Sequence record: MW735835.1
Direction: 5' to 3' (one strand)
DNA: 64,000 nt
From: Pseudomonas phage pPa_SNUABM_DT01
Shown here one piece after another: positions 9,643 through 18,976 of this stretch. Each line of letters begins with the position of its first letter. Positions within the stretch are counted from its first letter, which is position 1. The position numbers were made by a program, and so were the translations under genes. The notes under the pieces were generated by a model. That model saw only the letters and a program-made list of their open reading frames with translations. It did not search any database and was not told the origin of the DNA.

Positions 9643-10317
9643 ATGCTTCGTTATCAACCGACACACAAGGGCTTCTTGCTCGCAATCGAAGGACCGGATG
9701 GGGCGGGCAAGTCTACCCTGCGTACCTGGCTGAGCGACTGGTTCCAGTCCCACGGCATTACTGCGGTGATCACCCGTGAACCAGGCGGCACGCCTGAAGC
9801 CGAGATGATCCGTCAGGATATCCTGCGTAAGCGCGAACCCCATGAAGAACCTGTCTGTGCTTTGACCCAAGCGTTGAAGTTCATGGCTGCTCGTGCCCAG
9901 CACATCGACCGTGTGCTGAAACCTAACATCGTTGCGGGCGAGTTGGTCATCACTGACCGCTTCTGCGACAGCACCTTCGCGTACCAGAGCCAGGAGGGTG
10001 TGGACCTTGGCAAGCTGCGTGCTATGCATGACGTGGCGTTTGACGGGTTCAAGCCAGACCTGACCATCTTGCTCGACGGGGACCCCAACATCTTCCGTGA
10101 GCGTATGGCAGGCCGTGGTGAAGGCGCCTTGAACTTCTACGACCTCAAGCCCATGTCGTTCCATGAACAGTCTCGCCGGGTCTACAGCGAGTGTGCTTCG
10201 ATGGATGCCAACCGTTACGCGGTGATCGACGCGACCCAGAACTTCGAACAGGTTCAGGCACAGATCATCCCGTACCTGATGGACATCGACGCCTGGCTGC
10301 GTAAACGCCCAGCATAA
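9643..10317 (+). CDS. tmk: thymidylate kinase (dTMP kinase)
   Basis: P-loop IEGPDGAGKSTL and DRF motif (ITDRFCDSTFAYQ). Lid arginines present. Length 224 aa, typical of Tmk. Confidence 0.85.
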   Translation: MLRYQPTHKGFLLAIEGPDGAGKSTLRTWLSDWFQSHGITAVITREPGGTPEAEMIRQDILRKREPHEEPVCALTQALKFMAARAQHIDRVLKPNIVAGELVITDRFCDSTFAYQSQEGVDLGKLRAMHDVAFDGFKPDLTILLDGDPNIFRERMAGRGEGALNFYDLKPMSFHEQSRRVYSECASMDANRYAVIDATQNFEQVQAQIIPYLMDIDAWLRKRPA

Positions 10318-10324
10318 CCCAGAA

Positions 10325-10348
10325 GAGTGGAGGGATGACCCCTCCACT
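10325..10348 (+). terminator. hairpin GAGTGGAGGG-ATGA-CCCTCCACTC
   Basis: 10-bp perfect stem after the tmk stop, followed by CTTTGCCC. Confidence 0.5.
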
Positions 10349-10370
10349 CCTTTGCCCTTAGGAGGGTATT

Positions 10371-10703
10371 ATGTCCATCATCATGACCACCATTTTGGCC
10401 GGTGAAGAAGAGCCCATGCAGCCTGTGGGTATCGATCCACACGGCACTCATCGGTTCCTCGAGAATCGCATCGTTCGTGACCTGCTGGACTTTGCATCTC
10501 CCCGTGGCTTCGACCTGAACCACATTGCAGTCCGTGGTCATGAAGGCCACTACTCTGATTCCGAGCATCGTCAGATGGCGCAGCTGATCGGTTACAGCGT
10601 TTGCGGTTACGGCACGTTGTCGTATGTCAATGATGCTTCGTACGAGGAAGCCTGGCGGCGGAGCCAAGCCCTCGAATCGGAAGACGATCCGAAAGAAGAG
10701 TGA
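10371..10703 (+). CDS. hypothetical protein (110 aa)
   Basis: ORF after hairpin 10325-10348. ggaggg RBS. Confidence 0.45.
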   Translation: MSIIMTTILAGEEEPMQPVGIDPHGTHRFLENRIVRDLLDFASPRGFDLNHIAVRGHEGHYSDSEHRQMAQLIGYSVCGYGTLSYVNDASYEEAWRRSQALESEDDPKEE

Positions 10704-10743
10704 TCCTACATTACACCAATACAGTCACCTAGGAGAGACAGGA

Positions 10744-11139
10744 ATGTCTAACACCCGCGCTGAAGAGTTGGCTCTCGCCGTATCCTCGATAGAGACCAAC
10801 GTCAACACCATCGAAGCATTGGTCGGTCAAGCGTACGCCAATGCTGATTTCAACTTCGTTACTGATTTCCGTGATTCCCGTGGCGCCAGCCTGGCTGAGT
10901 CCGGCGCCATCATGGGGGTCCTTGTCCGCCGTATGCAGGAGAACCTCAACTCCCTGGCGAACGTGCTTTACATTCGTGAACTGGAATCCCAACGGGAAGC
11001 CGTACCATGGCGTGAAATGGCAAAGGAAAACCGTCGTGTGGAAGCCATCTCGATGCTGCGCAAGTTCGCCAGCAATATCAGTTTCAGTGTCGGAGACGCT
11101 CGTGATGTGGTAGATGCCTACCTCAAACACGGTTTCTGA
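10744..11139 (+). CDS. hypothetical protein (131 aa)
   Basis: ATG with taggagagacaggaATG RBS. The longer tracked ORF start would overlap the upstream gene. Confidence 0.45.
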   Translation: MSNTRAEELALAVSSIETNVNTIEALVGQAYANADFNFVTDFRDSRGASLAESGAIMGVLVRRMQENLNSLANVLYIRELESQREAVPWREMAKENRRVEAISMLRKFASNISFSVGDARDVVDAYLKHGF

Positions 11140-11227
11140 CCACCCGGAATAGGTAGAGCAGACCTAAGGCCATATACTGGTATAAACCGTTTTGGATGCT
11201 CAAACCAACATCAATCGGAGAAACACC

Positions 11228-12265
11228 ATGCATACCACTCAAACCACCCACCATCGTATCTTCGCTACCAATCTCGGCGGGTCTGTGCTCGACGATGTAA
11301 TGGCGGGCATTGGCGCAGACTTCACTGGTGACGCTGGGGTATTTGACCTCGTCATCGCTGAGGGGGACGACTTCTCGCTGGACACCGTCATCCGTGACAT
11401 GTTCCCAGCACGTCTGCTTCCTGACACCGCAGAAACCCCGTGGCACGTCGATCTGGGTGTCCTGGCTGAAAAGCTGGGCGAACTCTGCGAGCAGGAGGGC
11501 TACAAGCCTCAGACTGGCATGTTCACCCGCAAGTACTACGAGGACGGCGTCCAGGCTTCCTGTGACATCTCCTGCATCGAACTGATGGACCTGCTGATGG
11601 CTTTGGCGGGCAACCATTATAAGATCGAAGGTATCTACACCCAGTGGGCGATGCACAGCGACAAAGCGCAGTTTGGTGCTCACGCTGGTGGTACCCGCAT
11701 CACCACCCGCCACTTCTCGGTGCCGTGCTTCACTCCGCCGGATCGGGCAGAGACCGTGATCAAGACTCTGGCCAAGCACAAGCTGTGCGAAGTCGGCGAC
11801 TACTTCGTCAACGAGTTCATCAACCCGATCCTGGATTGTGTCCCGGAAGGTCCGATGCAGGGTGCAGTGGAGCGTGCTGCCATTCGTTTTATGGGTGGCT
11901 ATCGTGCACCGGTGTCCGAAGGCTTCCTGGCCAGTGTGTCTGAGCCTGCGGATAAGTCCGACGTGGCAGGAAACGAGGTGCCGGTGTTCGGTGGGGTCCC
12001 GATGGAGAAAACCGGTAAAGACTGGACCGTTCGTGATCTGGACTACTACCGTAACTGGAACTTCAGGCAGGTTGGCATCCTCTCTGGGATTTCGGTGACT
12101 GAGGAAGACGCCATCTTCTACATCGACTGGTTCGGTCTGAAACTTTCCGACTACCTGCACAATCAGCTGAAACTGCCAGCAGACTACGTGGCTACCGTCA
12201 AGGACATCCGTTCTCGTCTGCTCGCTGGTGAAGAACTCACCATCCCGAATCGCGAAAACAAGTGA
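11228..12265 (+). CDS. hypothetical protein (346 aa)
   Basis: Long ORF. ggag RBS before the ATG at 11228 (alternative ATG at 11192). Hairpin terminator at 12274-12299. Confidence 0.5.
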   Translation: MHTTQTTHHRIFATNLGGSVLDDVMAGIGADFTGDAGVFDLVIAEGDDFSLDTVIRDMFPARLLPDTAETPWHVDLGVLAEKLGELCEQEGYKPQTGMFTRKYYEDGVQASCDISCIELMDLLMALAGNHYKIEGIYTQWAMHSDKAQFGAHAGGTRITTRHFSVPCFTPPDRAETVIKTLAKHKLCEVGDYFVNEFINPILDCVPEGPMQGAVERAAIRFMGGYRAPVSEGFLASVSEPADKSDVAGNEVPVFGGVPMEKTGKDWTVRDLDYYRNWNFRQVGILSGISVTEEDAIFYIDWFGLKLSDYLHNQLKLPADYVATVKDIRSRLLAGEELTIPNRENK

Positions 12266-12273
12266 CAAAATAG

Positions 12274-12299
12274 ATAGAGGGACTTCGGTCCCTCTATCA
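12274..12299 (+). terminator. hairpin GATAGAGGGAC-TTCG-GTCCCTCTATC
   Basis: 11-bp perfect stem after the stop of 11228-12265. Confidence 0.5.
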
Positions 12300-12328
12300 T
12301 TCACCAATCTTTATCAGGAATCATCATC

Positions 12329-13009
12329 GTGGCAGAAGCAGTTACCGAAATCGAATACGACACCCTTGAGCAGGAGTCCTCCGTACTGGAAATGTTCATG
12401 GCGATCAAGAACCCCAACGCCAAGAAAGTCAAGAAGCTCGCTGCCCGGCTTTATAACGAACTCCCGCTCGAGATCCAGAAGCGTCTGTGCCGTGACATCT
12501 ACCGCGCACATGACCCGGTCCTCTACATGACCACCTGCTACAACAAGATCCACGATTGCGCCATCCTCGTGAAACAGTTCATCGAAGACGGCTGCCACGG
12601 GATGATCTTTACCGGCAAGAACGGTACGGACACCTACCCGATCAAGTTGGACACCCGCACCAACTGGCTGAACGAAGGCAAACGCTGGGACCCCGAGCAG
12701 GAAATGATCATCCAGCATGAAGCCGTGAATTCATGGATGCGTGATCACGACAAGGGTTACTTCTTCGGCAAGGTCGTACTCTTCCCCACCTTCGGTTTCT
12801 CCGGTGAGCCTCGCATCATCGAGATGGCCTGCGGCGACACCGAGGGCATGGTCAAGTACCCGGGCACTGACTTCTACGTGAAGGCTGGTGCTGAACTCGA
12901 TGTGCAGGCAGTAGCTAGGGCTCAGATCGACATGGATCGCCGTCGCAATGAAAAGTCCAAGCTACTCGACCACCAACTGAAGCAGGAGTTTGCCAAGCTT
13001 GCGAAATAA
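12329..13009 (+). CDS. hypothetical protein (226 aa)
   Basis: ORF in the array. Confidence 0.5.
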   Translation: MAEAVTEIEYDTLEQESSVLEMFMAIKNPNAKKVKKLAARLYNELPLEIQKRLCRDIYRAHDPVLYMTTCYNKIHDCAILVKQFIEDGCHGMIFTGKNGTDTYPIKLDTRTNWLNEGKRWDPEQEMIIQHEAVNSWMRDHDKGYFFGKVVLFPTFGFSGEPRIIEMACGDTEGMVKYPGTDFYVKAGAELDVQAVARAQIDMDRRRNEKSKLLDHQLKQEFAKLAK

Positions 13010-13020
13010 CGAGGTGTAAG

Positions 13021-13701
13021 ATGAGCAGACCTGTCATTGATCTCATCGGGCAGCGTTTCAACATGTGGACGGTTAAAGATCTCCATAAGAACCGCTCTAA
13101 AGATGGGGGTTCTCGATGGGTCTGTGAGTGTGATTGTGGGGCGACCGGGGTGGTCTCTCGGCGCAACCTGGTTACAGGAAAATCCAAGTGTTGCGGCTGT
13201 TATGTCAGTGCGGAAGGGCTAGCCAATATCAGTCAGGCTAATTTCGTGCACGGCATGCGGACATCTCCAGAATACACCGCTTGGGCGGCGATGGTGCAAC
13301 AATGCACTAATCCAAAGCACATCGACTTTTGGAGATACGGCGGGTCTGGAATCGGGATCGTCCCAGAATGGGAGGCGGACTTCGAGAACTTTCTTACCGA
13401 CATGGGCCTACGACCCTCACCGTTGCATCGGCTCGAACGTATCGACGATACGCAGGGGTTCTCCAAGGATAACTGTCAATGGTCCATGACAGCCCACAAG
13501 AAAAGAAAGATCGATTATACTGGAACCCACACAATCCATGGCGAAGACCTCACCCTCCTTGAGATCGCTGAAAAATACAAGGTGCATTATTTTCGATTGC
13601 GGTACCGAGTCGCTAAGAAGGGACAGGCTGCTATCGATGCACTCAATGAATTACTGGAGCTAAAGAAAACATATGTCGCAGAAACTCTACATCGAGAATA
13701 A
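13021..13701 (+). CDS. putative homing-endonuclease-like / zinc-ribbon DNA-binding protein (226 aa)
   Basis: N-terminal CxCxCG...CCGC cysteine cluster. It also carries the phage endonuclease-associated signature YTAWAAMVQQCTNPKHIDFWRYGGSGIGI...DMGLRPSPLHRLERIDDTQGFSKDNCQW. This corresponds to the YxxWxxMxxRC...YGGRGI...DMG...LDRID...NCRW family commonly annotated as HNH/AP2-type homing endonuclease. Confidence 0.4.
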   Translation: MSRPVIDLIGQRFNMWTVKDLHKNRSKDGGSRWVCECDCGATGVVSRRNLVTGKSKCCGCYVSAEGLANISQANFVHGMRTSPEYTAWAAMVQQCTNPKHIDFWRYGGSGIGIVPEWEADFENFLTDMGLRPSPLHRLERIDDTQGFSKDNCQWSMTAHKKRKIDYTGTHTIHGEDLTLLEIAEKYKVHYFRLRYRVAKKGQAAIDALNELLELKKTYVAETLHRE

Positions 13702-14278
13702 CCAGGAAGTCCGTGATCTGATCACCAAGTACGGCTTTGCGCAGAATGCACACGGTCGTTACTTCCTGGATGAACCGTTCCTGGATCATGCAGTCGTGGA
13801 TGAAGAGTGCCCCGAGGGTTTCCGTCCGGTGGCATTGCATATCGTACCGTACACCATCGTTGAGGGTGAGATCATCTACTACGCTTTCAACAGCATGGGC
13901 TTGCCGACTATCTACGTCAGCTTCAGCATCACCCCGGACGACTTCGTCAACCACAAGGCCGGGGATGAACTGATGTCGCCTTGCCAGTCGATTGTGGGTA
14001 AGGTCATCCAAACCTTCGATGCGCCACACATCGACCTGAAGGTGGACATCGACAAGTTCAAGTTCCCGGCAGTGGTCGATGGTGAGTTCGTGTGGTCGAT
14101 GGAAGTCCAATCTGCTGACCATCACACTGTGGATGAGCTGGTCGCTCAGTTGGGTTCCATCCTGGGGCGCGTCACCAAAGAGCAAATCATCAATGGTGAC
14201 GTGGAAGTCAACAAATTGTCCAAGGACGTGGTCGCTTACAAGGCGCCTGACGTCGCTCCGGACATCACGGTGGGCTGA
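13673..14278 (+). CDS. hypothetical protein (201 aa)
   Basis: ORF overlapping the previous gene end by 29 nt. Confidence 0.5.
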   Translation: MSQKLYIENNQEVRDLITKYGFAQNAHGRYFLDEPFLDHAVVDEECPEGFRPVALHIVPYTIVEGEIIYYAFNSMGLPTIYVSFSITPDDFVNHKAGDELMSPCQSIVGKVIQTFDAPHIDLKVDIDKFKFPAVVDGEFVWSMEVQSADHHTVDELVAQLGSILGRVTKEQIINGDVEVNKLSKDVVAYKAPDVAPDITVG

Positions 14279-14279
14279 C

Positions 14280-14507
14280 ATGATCTTCCTCAAGGTTACC
14301 GTCATCGCACTGATCGCGATGCTTGTCCTGGCCTGGTTGGTTTATCGAGTCAGGCCGCGTTACACCAACTGGATCGACCACGACTGTGAGCGAGCCATGA
14401 GTTTCCTGATGTACCTGCGCACGACTTGGAAGGAACGCCTGTTCGCCTTGGTCTGCCTGTGGATCATCGTCTACTACAGCCTCATCAATAACCCCTGGAG
14501 TTCGTAA
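14280..14507 (+). CDS. small membrane protein (75 aa)
   Basis: ATG at 14280 directly after the upstream stop. Two hydrophobic segments. Confidence 0.4.
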   Translation: MIFLKVTVIALIAMLVLAWLVYRVRPRYTNWIDHDCERAMSFLMYLRTTWKERLFALVCLWIIVYYSLINNPWSS

Positions 14508-14508
14508 C

Positions 14509-14874
14509 ATGGGAGCCAAGGCGGCTATCCTGATTCACCTCTTTTCTATGGCGATGTTCATCACCTTGCTGGTGGCGTACATCATCCATGGGCTGATCTA
14601 CCCACGGGTATCTGGAACGATCCCGCTGGGCCCTCACACGGTCGACTACAAGGTCGGTCGAGTGCCGTTCTTCTCAGCACGCAAGTTCTTCGTCAAGTTG
14701 TACTACCGTTGGCAGTATGTCCCTGACTTGAACGGCTTCCTGCAAAGCAGTGCGGGTCGTGACTTGAAGTGCGAAGATAAGTCCTATTGGACACATCTCT
14801 TGGACTGCGGTCTTCTGTATCCGGCATTGTATGTTTATGTCTATGCCGGATTAGACTGGCTGCTGTTCGGATGA
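14509..14874 (+). CDS. membrane protein (121 aa)
   Basis: Hydrophobic N-terminal TM segments. Followed by terminator 14882-14912. Confidence 0.45.
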   Translation: MGAKAAILIHLFSMAMFITLLVAYIIHGLIYPRVSGTIPLGPHTVDYKVGRVPFFSARKFFVKLYYRWQYVPDLNGFLQSSAGRDLKCEDKSYWTHLLDCGLLYPALYVYVYAGLDWLLFG

Positions 14875-15177
14875 TAATAAGGTCGGGATAACACCCGACC
14901 CTTTATTTTTGAGGGGTCCTGTCGTGGAAGTGTCACTCAAAGCAATCCTGTTCTTCGCAACGCTGTTCCTCATCATCTCCTTCTGTACGTTGGAGGTGAA
15001 AAGAAAAGAGTGGGTCGACATGATCCGCATCATGCAGTGTGTCTTCTTCGGGGCCATCATCTGCATGTCCTTGACCGGGCTAGACATAGCCGGTTTTTAA
15101 GTACCTTGTGTGCATCATCTATGACAAACACTCGGGCTGAGGACACATCCTCAGCCCACTATTCCGAGGTACCGGTA

Positions 15178-15585
15178 ATGAATGCTTTTGGTATCAAGCA
15201 AGCCACTCTTCCTAAAGCTCCTGTCACCTGTGGCCGGATCATCGTCACGATGCCCACTCTGGAGCACGTGAAGGCTCTCCAGTTTCTGCTGAAGGACAAT
15301 GGCATCAGTCAGGAAGAGCCCATCCGTTACGAGGATTTCATCGCCAAGCCGAGTGATTACCCGGACAAGACCCGGTTGATCTGGCTGTTCCTCGAGAACC
15401 CGATGCAAATCTACTCAGTGATGGACCCGTTGACCATGTTCATGTGCGACGAGATCTTCGCTCTGGTTGGCAGGGCGGTCATTGTAACGCGCGACCAGTC
15501 TGGCAAACGCTGGGGCGTCAATGATGGTCCGTCGACGGAACACCTCGGTCAGTTCTGGGATGCGTTCGCTTACGTGAACCGTTAA
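15178..15585 (+). CDS. hypothetical protein (136 aa)
   Basis: ATG with gaggt RBS. Upstream 10-bp hairpin at 15134-15157. Confidence 0.45.
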   Translation: MNAFGIKQATLPKAPVTCGRIIVTMPTLEHVKALQFLLKDNGISQEEPIRYEDFIAKPSDYPDKTRLIWLFLENPMQIYSVMDPLTMFMCDEIFALVGRAVIVTRDQSGKRWGVNDGPSTEHLGQFWDAFAYVNR

Positions 15586-15634
15586 TAAAACCATCTGTCT
15601 GATCATCTATAGACAATAATAGCAAGGGGCCACC

Positions 15635-16360
15635 ATGTACAAACGTAAAGACACGATCGCCTTGGAGGCGGTGTTGTTGGAGAAGGGCTTGGATCTAAAC
15701 ACCGAGCTGGAGATCCTGGATGCCTGCAAACCTACGGCGAAAGATCTGTACGCTTCCCTGGCTTGTGCTCGCCGCCTGTTAGGCTATGGCATTGCTGTGC
15801 CGAACGTAACCATCGAACCCCGCAACACTTTGGTCGTGATGCAAGATATCGCGCTCAAGGGCGCTGACGGGGTCCACCTGGTCGTACGGACACAGTTCGA
15901 TGAGAACCTGCACCTAGACCGCTGTGACGTCATTATCAAAGGCGTTGTGCTCAAGGATCAAGGCCCTCGGGGCGGTGAACACACCGGCTACCTGTACTCC
16001 AAAGTGGAGATCACGACACTGGTTACGGTAACGCAGCTACTCGCTACGTTCGTCACTGACCTGTTCAAGCTGGTCTTCAACAGTGAATACGAAGAGGACC
16101 TGGTCCACATGGTCCTTCTCGAGGGTGTCGAGCTGAAGCGCGATCTGCCGATCCACTTCGCCAATCACTACCATGATGTCATCCTCAAGGACCACCCGTC
16201 CGTTGATGATCCGATTGGGGGTTACCCCGACCTGATCAAAGTGGCAGCGCTGTTGTTCCATCGCAACTGTCCAGACCAGGACAGCGTGATGTTCGTTCTC
16301 GAAAAGGGCGAAGAAGACGGCCATGCGGTCCTTGCCGTTCAGGTAGAGGAAGAGGCTTAA
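15635..16360 (+). CDS. hypothetical protein (241 aa)
   Basis: ORF in the array. Confidence 0.5.
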   Translation: MYKRKDTIALEAVLLEKGLDLNTELEILDACKPTAKDLYASLACARRLLGYGIAVPNVTIEPRNTLVVMQDIALKGADGVHLVVRTQFDENLHLDRCDVIIKGVVLKDQGPRGGEHTGYLYSKVEITTLVTVTQLLATFVTDLFKLVFNSEYEEDLVHMVLLEGVELKRDLPIHFANHYHDVILKDHPSVDDPIGGYPDLIKVAALLFHRNCPDQDSVMFVLEKGEEDGHAVLAVQVEEEA

Positions 16361-16419
16361 CGGCCTTGACCCAGGGGAGGATGATCTTATGACACAATCC
16401 AATAAAGTAACTTCGGGTA

Positions 16420-16911
16420 TTGTCTATGGATCGAACTCCCCTGGCGCTTTGGGCTAAGCACCTCATAAGGGCCGCCATTGACTACTTCAATGAACGCTCG
16501 ACCAAAGCCTGTCTTATCGTTGACAACACCATTCTCAAGGATGGGGTCCTGGCCGCAATGGCTCAGGAGAACAACAGCAGTGACTTCATTGTCTGTGTCG
16601 CACCGGGTTTCACCACCCAGTTAGATTTCGGAGACGCTGATCTGACCATCAGTGTGAAGTTCCACGATGCTGCCCATTCAATGGTCATCCCGTACCACGC
16701 GATTCGTGCAGTGATTGCTGCCGACAGCGGTGGTGTGCTGACCGAGAACGGCCACATTAACATCATCAGCGTCCCGCCGGTTGTGTACCCGCCTGCGTCC
16801 CGCTACCGTAATGAAGAAGAACTGGACAAGATTGCTCAGCAAGTGGTAGAGGAAGAAGTCCATGCCCAGCCCACGCAGTCTGAGCTTCAGCTAGTTGTAC
16901 GGAGATCATGA
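16420..16911 (+). CDS. SspB-like protein, second paralog (163 aa)
   Basis: FIVCVAPGFTTQLDFGDADLTISVKFHDAAHSMVIPYHAIRAVIAADSGG aligns with the SspB core IVLNIAPRAVGNLELANDEVRFNARFGGIPRQVSVPLAAVLAIYARENGAG. N-terminal PLALWAKHLIRAAIDYF resembles SspB PRRPYLLRAFYEWL. C-terminal LQLVVRRS resembles the XB tail LRVVK. Confidence 0.45.
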   Translation: MSMDRTPLALWAKHLIRAAIDYFNERSTKACLIVDNTILKDGVLAAMAQENNSSDFIVCVAPGFTTQLDFGDADLTISVKFHDAAHSMVIPYHAIRAVIAADSGGVLTENGHINIISVPPVVYPPASRYRNEEELDKIAQQVVEEEVHAQPTQSELQLVVRRS

Positions 16912-17230
16912 GGAAACAATGGTCGCACAAGTCTGGAATGACACCTTCGGGAAACTTGAGTCCTTTACTCAGGAACTGGAGAGAGTCAAGTCTTACGTAG
17001 CCCTGTCCGAACTCAAGCCGCTGTGGCGGATCATGAAGTCGATTCAGTTGCGCTACCTTCCTGTGCTGGACGAGGATCTTTCTCGTCGGCTTGAGAAGAT
17101 GATTGAGAAGCTGGAGATTCAGGACGTGACGCCCACGGCCTACTCCGAAGATGCTGCTCGCACCATGTTAGGTAACCTCGGGTACTCGTGCTCCATCGAC
17201 CCAGATTCCTTCGATGAGGAAGATCGTTAA
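16895..17230 (+). CDS. hypothetical protein (111 aa)
   Basis: ORF overlapping the upstream gene end. Confidence 0.4.
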   Translation: MYGDHEETMVAQVWNDTFGKLESFTQELERVKSYVALSELKPLWRIMKSIQLRYLPVLDEDLSRRLEKMIEKLEIQDVTPTAYSEDAARTMLGNLGYSCSIDPDSFDEEDR

Positions 17231-17276
17231 GTCCTTGTCGTCCCACCCAAGCCAACACCAGTAGTAAGGGAACACC

Positions 17277-17930
17277 ATGAAGAAAGAGAACATTCCCAAT
17301 CCGCGTACTTTCCTCGGTCACCCGATCGTGTTCGTCGACTCGTACGAGCAAGTCGGCCGGATCGTTGCCACCCAGGGTCACATTGGCGAGTTCTTCGTTA
17401 TCGGAGACAACGTCAAGAAGCCTGGCGCGGCTGTCGAAGCGATTTTCAAAGATCACTTCGTCAAGCAATTCCGCATTCGTTCTTCTGGTTCATGGAATTC
17501 CCTGTTCCGAGCCATGGCTGACGTCGACACTGCACGTGAGGATGGTACTCACTACAGTGAGGCTCGCGACCTGATGTTCGTCTCGTTGCATTCGCCCCAC
17601 GACATCAGCTCGGCACTGAACCGTCATCGCGCACTGAACAACATCACGTGCCGCGAGATGTACTGGCTCGACACCATCCACCTCGGTGAAGAAGCCGACG
17701 ACCTGGTTGACATGGCCCTCAAGACCATGCCCTCGGTCATCACCCCGGTCCGTTACTCTGACCTGACCATTGCTCAGCGTTTCGACCTGACCGCCTTCGA
17801 GTTCGCTCGTTTCATGCGACCGATCCATTGTGTGGATTCGGTGGACAACAGTTACAAGGGTGCTCCGTTCTACCCCGACCTCGTGATCAGTGGCCAGTTC
17901 AAGCTGCCTAACCGCATCACACCTGACTAA
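17277..17930 (+). CDS. hypothetical protein (217 aa)
   Basis: ORF followed by hairpin 17934-17951 and a T-rich tract. Confidence 0.5.
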   Translation: MKKENIPNPRTFLGHPIVFVDSYEQVGRIVATQGHIGEFFVIGDNVKKPGAAVEAIFKDHFVKQFRIRSSGSWNSLFRAMADVDTAREDGTHYSEARDLMFVSLHSPHDISSALNRHRALNNITCREMYWLDTIHLGEEADDLVDMALKTMPSVITPVRYSDLTIAQRFDLTAFEFARFMRPIHCVDSVDNSYKGAPFYPDLVISGQFKLPNRITPD

Positions 17931-17933
17931 TGC

Positions 17934-17966
17934 GAGGGGCTTCGGCCCCTCCTTCCTTTTCTTTTG
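17934..17966 (+). terminator. intrinsic terminator GAGGGGC-TTCG-GCCCCTC + T-rich tail
   Basis: Stem-loop followed by CTTCCTTTTCTTTTG. Confidence 0.6.
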
Positions 17967-17977
17967 AGAACACTGTT

Positions 17978-18256
17978 ATGATGACGCACTACCAACACCA
18001 GGATGATCACATCGTCATTGGTTCTGTCGCCGGTGACGAGGAAGCTCTGGCCAGCCTACTGAACAAGTTCAGTGACGCCGGTATCCAGCCCACGTTGATC
18101 AACCTGATCCATGAGGATGATCTGCACCTGATGATGGTGCACCACAAGGGCTTCGACGAAGCCACCTTGGCCGACCCGCAGAAAGCTCTGGCCAAGGTGA
18201 AAGAGATCCTCAATCCTTTCGCTGACGGCTTCACGGTCGCCCCTGAACAGCCGTAA
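17978..18256 (+). CDS. hypothetical protein (93 aa)
   Basis: ATG downstream of the terminator. In-frame internal start of tracked ORF 17930-18256. Confidence 0.4.
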   Translation: MMTHYQHQDDHIVIGSVAGDEEALASLLNKFSDAGIQPTLINLIHEDDLHLMMVHHKGFDEATLADPQKALAKVKEILNPFADGFTVAPEQP

Positions 18257-18330
18257 GGAGCCATTATGTCATTCCACGAGGGTCACTACACACGCTAGCC
18301 TCCATCATGTCGATGGAGGCGCGAAAGTGA

Positions 18331-18594
18331 GTGACCAAGATGTCTTACGACAAAGTATCCAAGCGCCTCAAGCGCCATCAGGATGCAGTGGCTGTGAATC
18401 AGCAACTGGCTATCTGCAAGTTTCACGAAGCGGTCGTGACGGAACCTTCTGGAGTCTTCCGTAAACGACATGCGCTGAACTGCGGACGGTCCAAATGCTT
18501 TCTTTGCTCCAATCCGCGGCGGCGGTTTAAAGCCATTACCTTGCCTGAACGTAGGGTAAACGAGGCGATGAAGTACGAACTGTTGTTCATCTAA
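18331..18594 (+). CDS. hypothetical basic protein (87 aa) with Cys/His cluster
   Basis: ORF preceded by a perfect 9-bp hairpin at 18290-18312. Followed by hairpin 18596-18625. Confidence 0.4.
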   Translation: MTKMSYDKVSKRLKRHQDAVAVNQQLAICKFHEAVVTEPSGVFRKRHALNCGRSKCFLCSNPRRRFKAITLPERRVNEAMKYELLFI

Positions 18595-18595
18595 A

Positions 18596-18625
18596 CATAG
18601 AGGGAGGCTTCGGCCTCCCTCTATG
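18596..18625 (+). terminator. hairpin CATAGAGGGAGGC-TTCG-GCCTCCCTCTATG
   Basis: 13-bp perfect stem after the stop of 18331-18594. Confidence 0.5.
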
Positions 18626-18688
18626 CCGTGACACAAGTGTTTTTGAACAAACCTGACCTATTCGATAGGTAACCAAGAGGATGCCGTC

Positions 18689-18976
18689 ATGGATTATTTT
18701 CACGTCTTTCGACAAGAAGGTCCGGTGTGCGTCTGCTTGACTCAATCACCGAACCACATCTATCAATGGGATAAATCTCGCGACTATGTGGCCAGTCATG
18801 TCATTGAGTTGCATGGTAAATGTTATCACTTGTTCATCTCGGGTGCTGAGAACATGACCATGCTTCGACAAGACAAGCACGCGGCGACTCGATTCGCTCG
18901 AGATTTCATCTGCAAAGGCAACGATGAATTTCTGGATATTGCTCGTATCCTGTTTAACCATCCGAGGAAGTTTTAA
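18689..18976 (+). CDS. hypothetical protein (95 aa)
   Basis: ORF with aagaggatgccgtcATG. Confidence 0.4.
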   Translation: MDYFHVFRQEGPVCVCLTQSPNHIYQWDKSRDYVASHVIELHGKCYHLFISGAENMTMLRQDKHAATRFARDFICKGNDEFLDIARILFNHPRKF

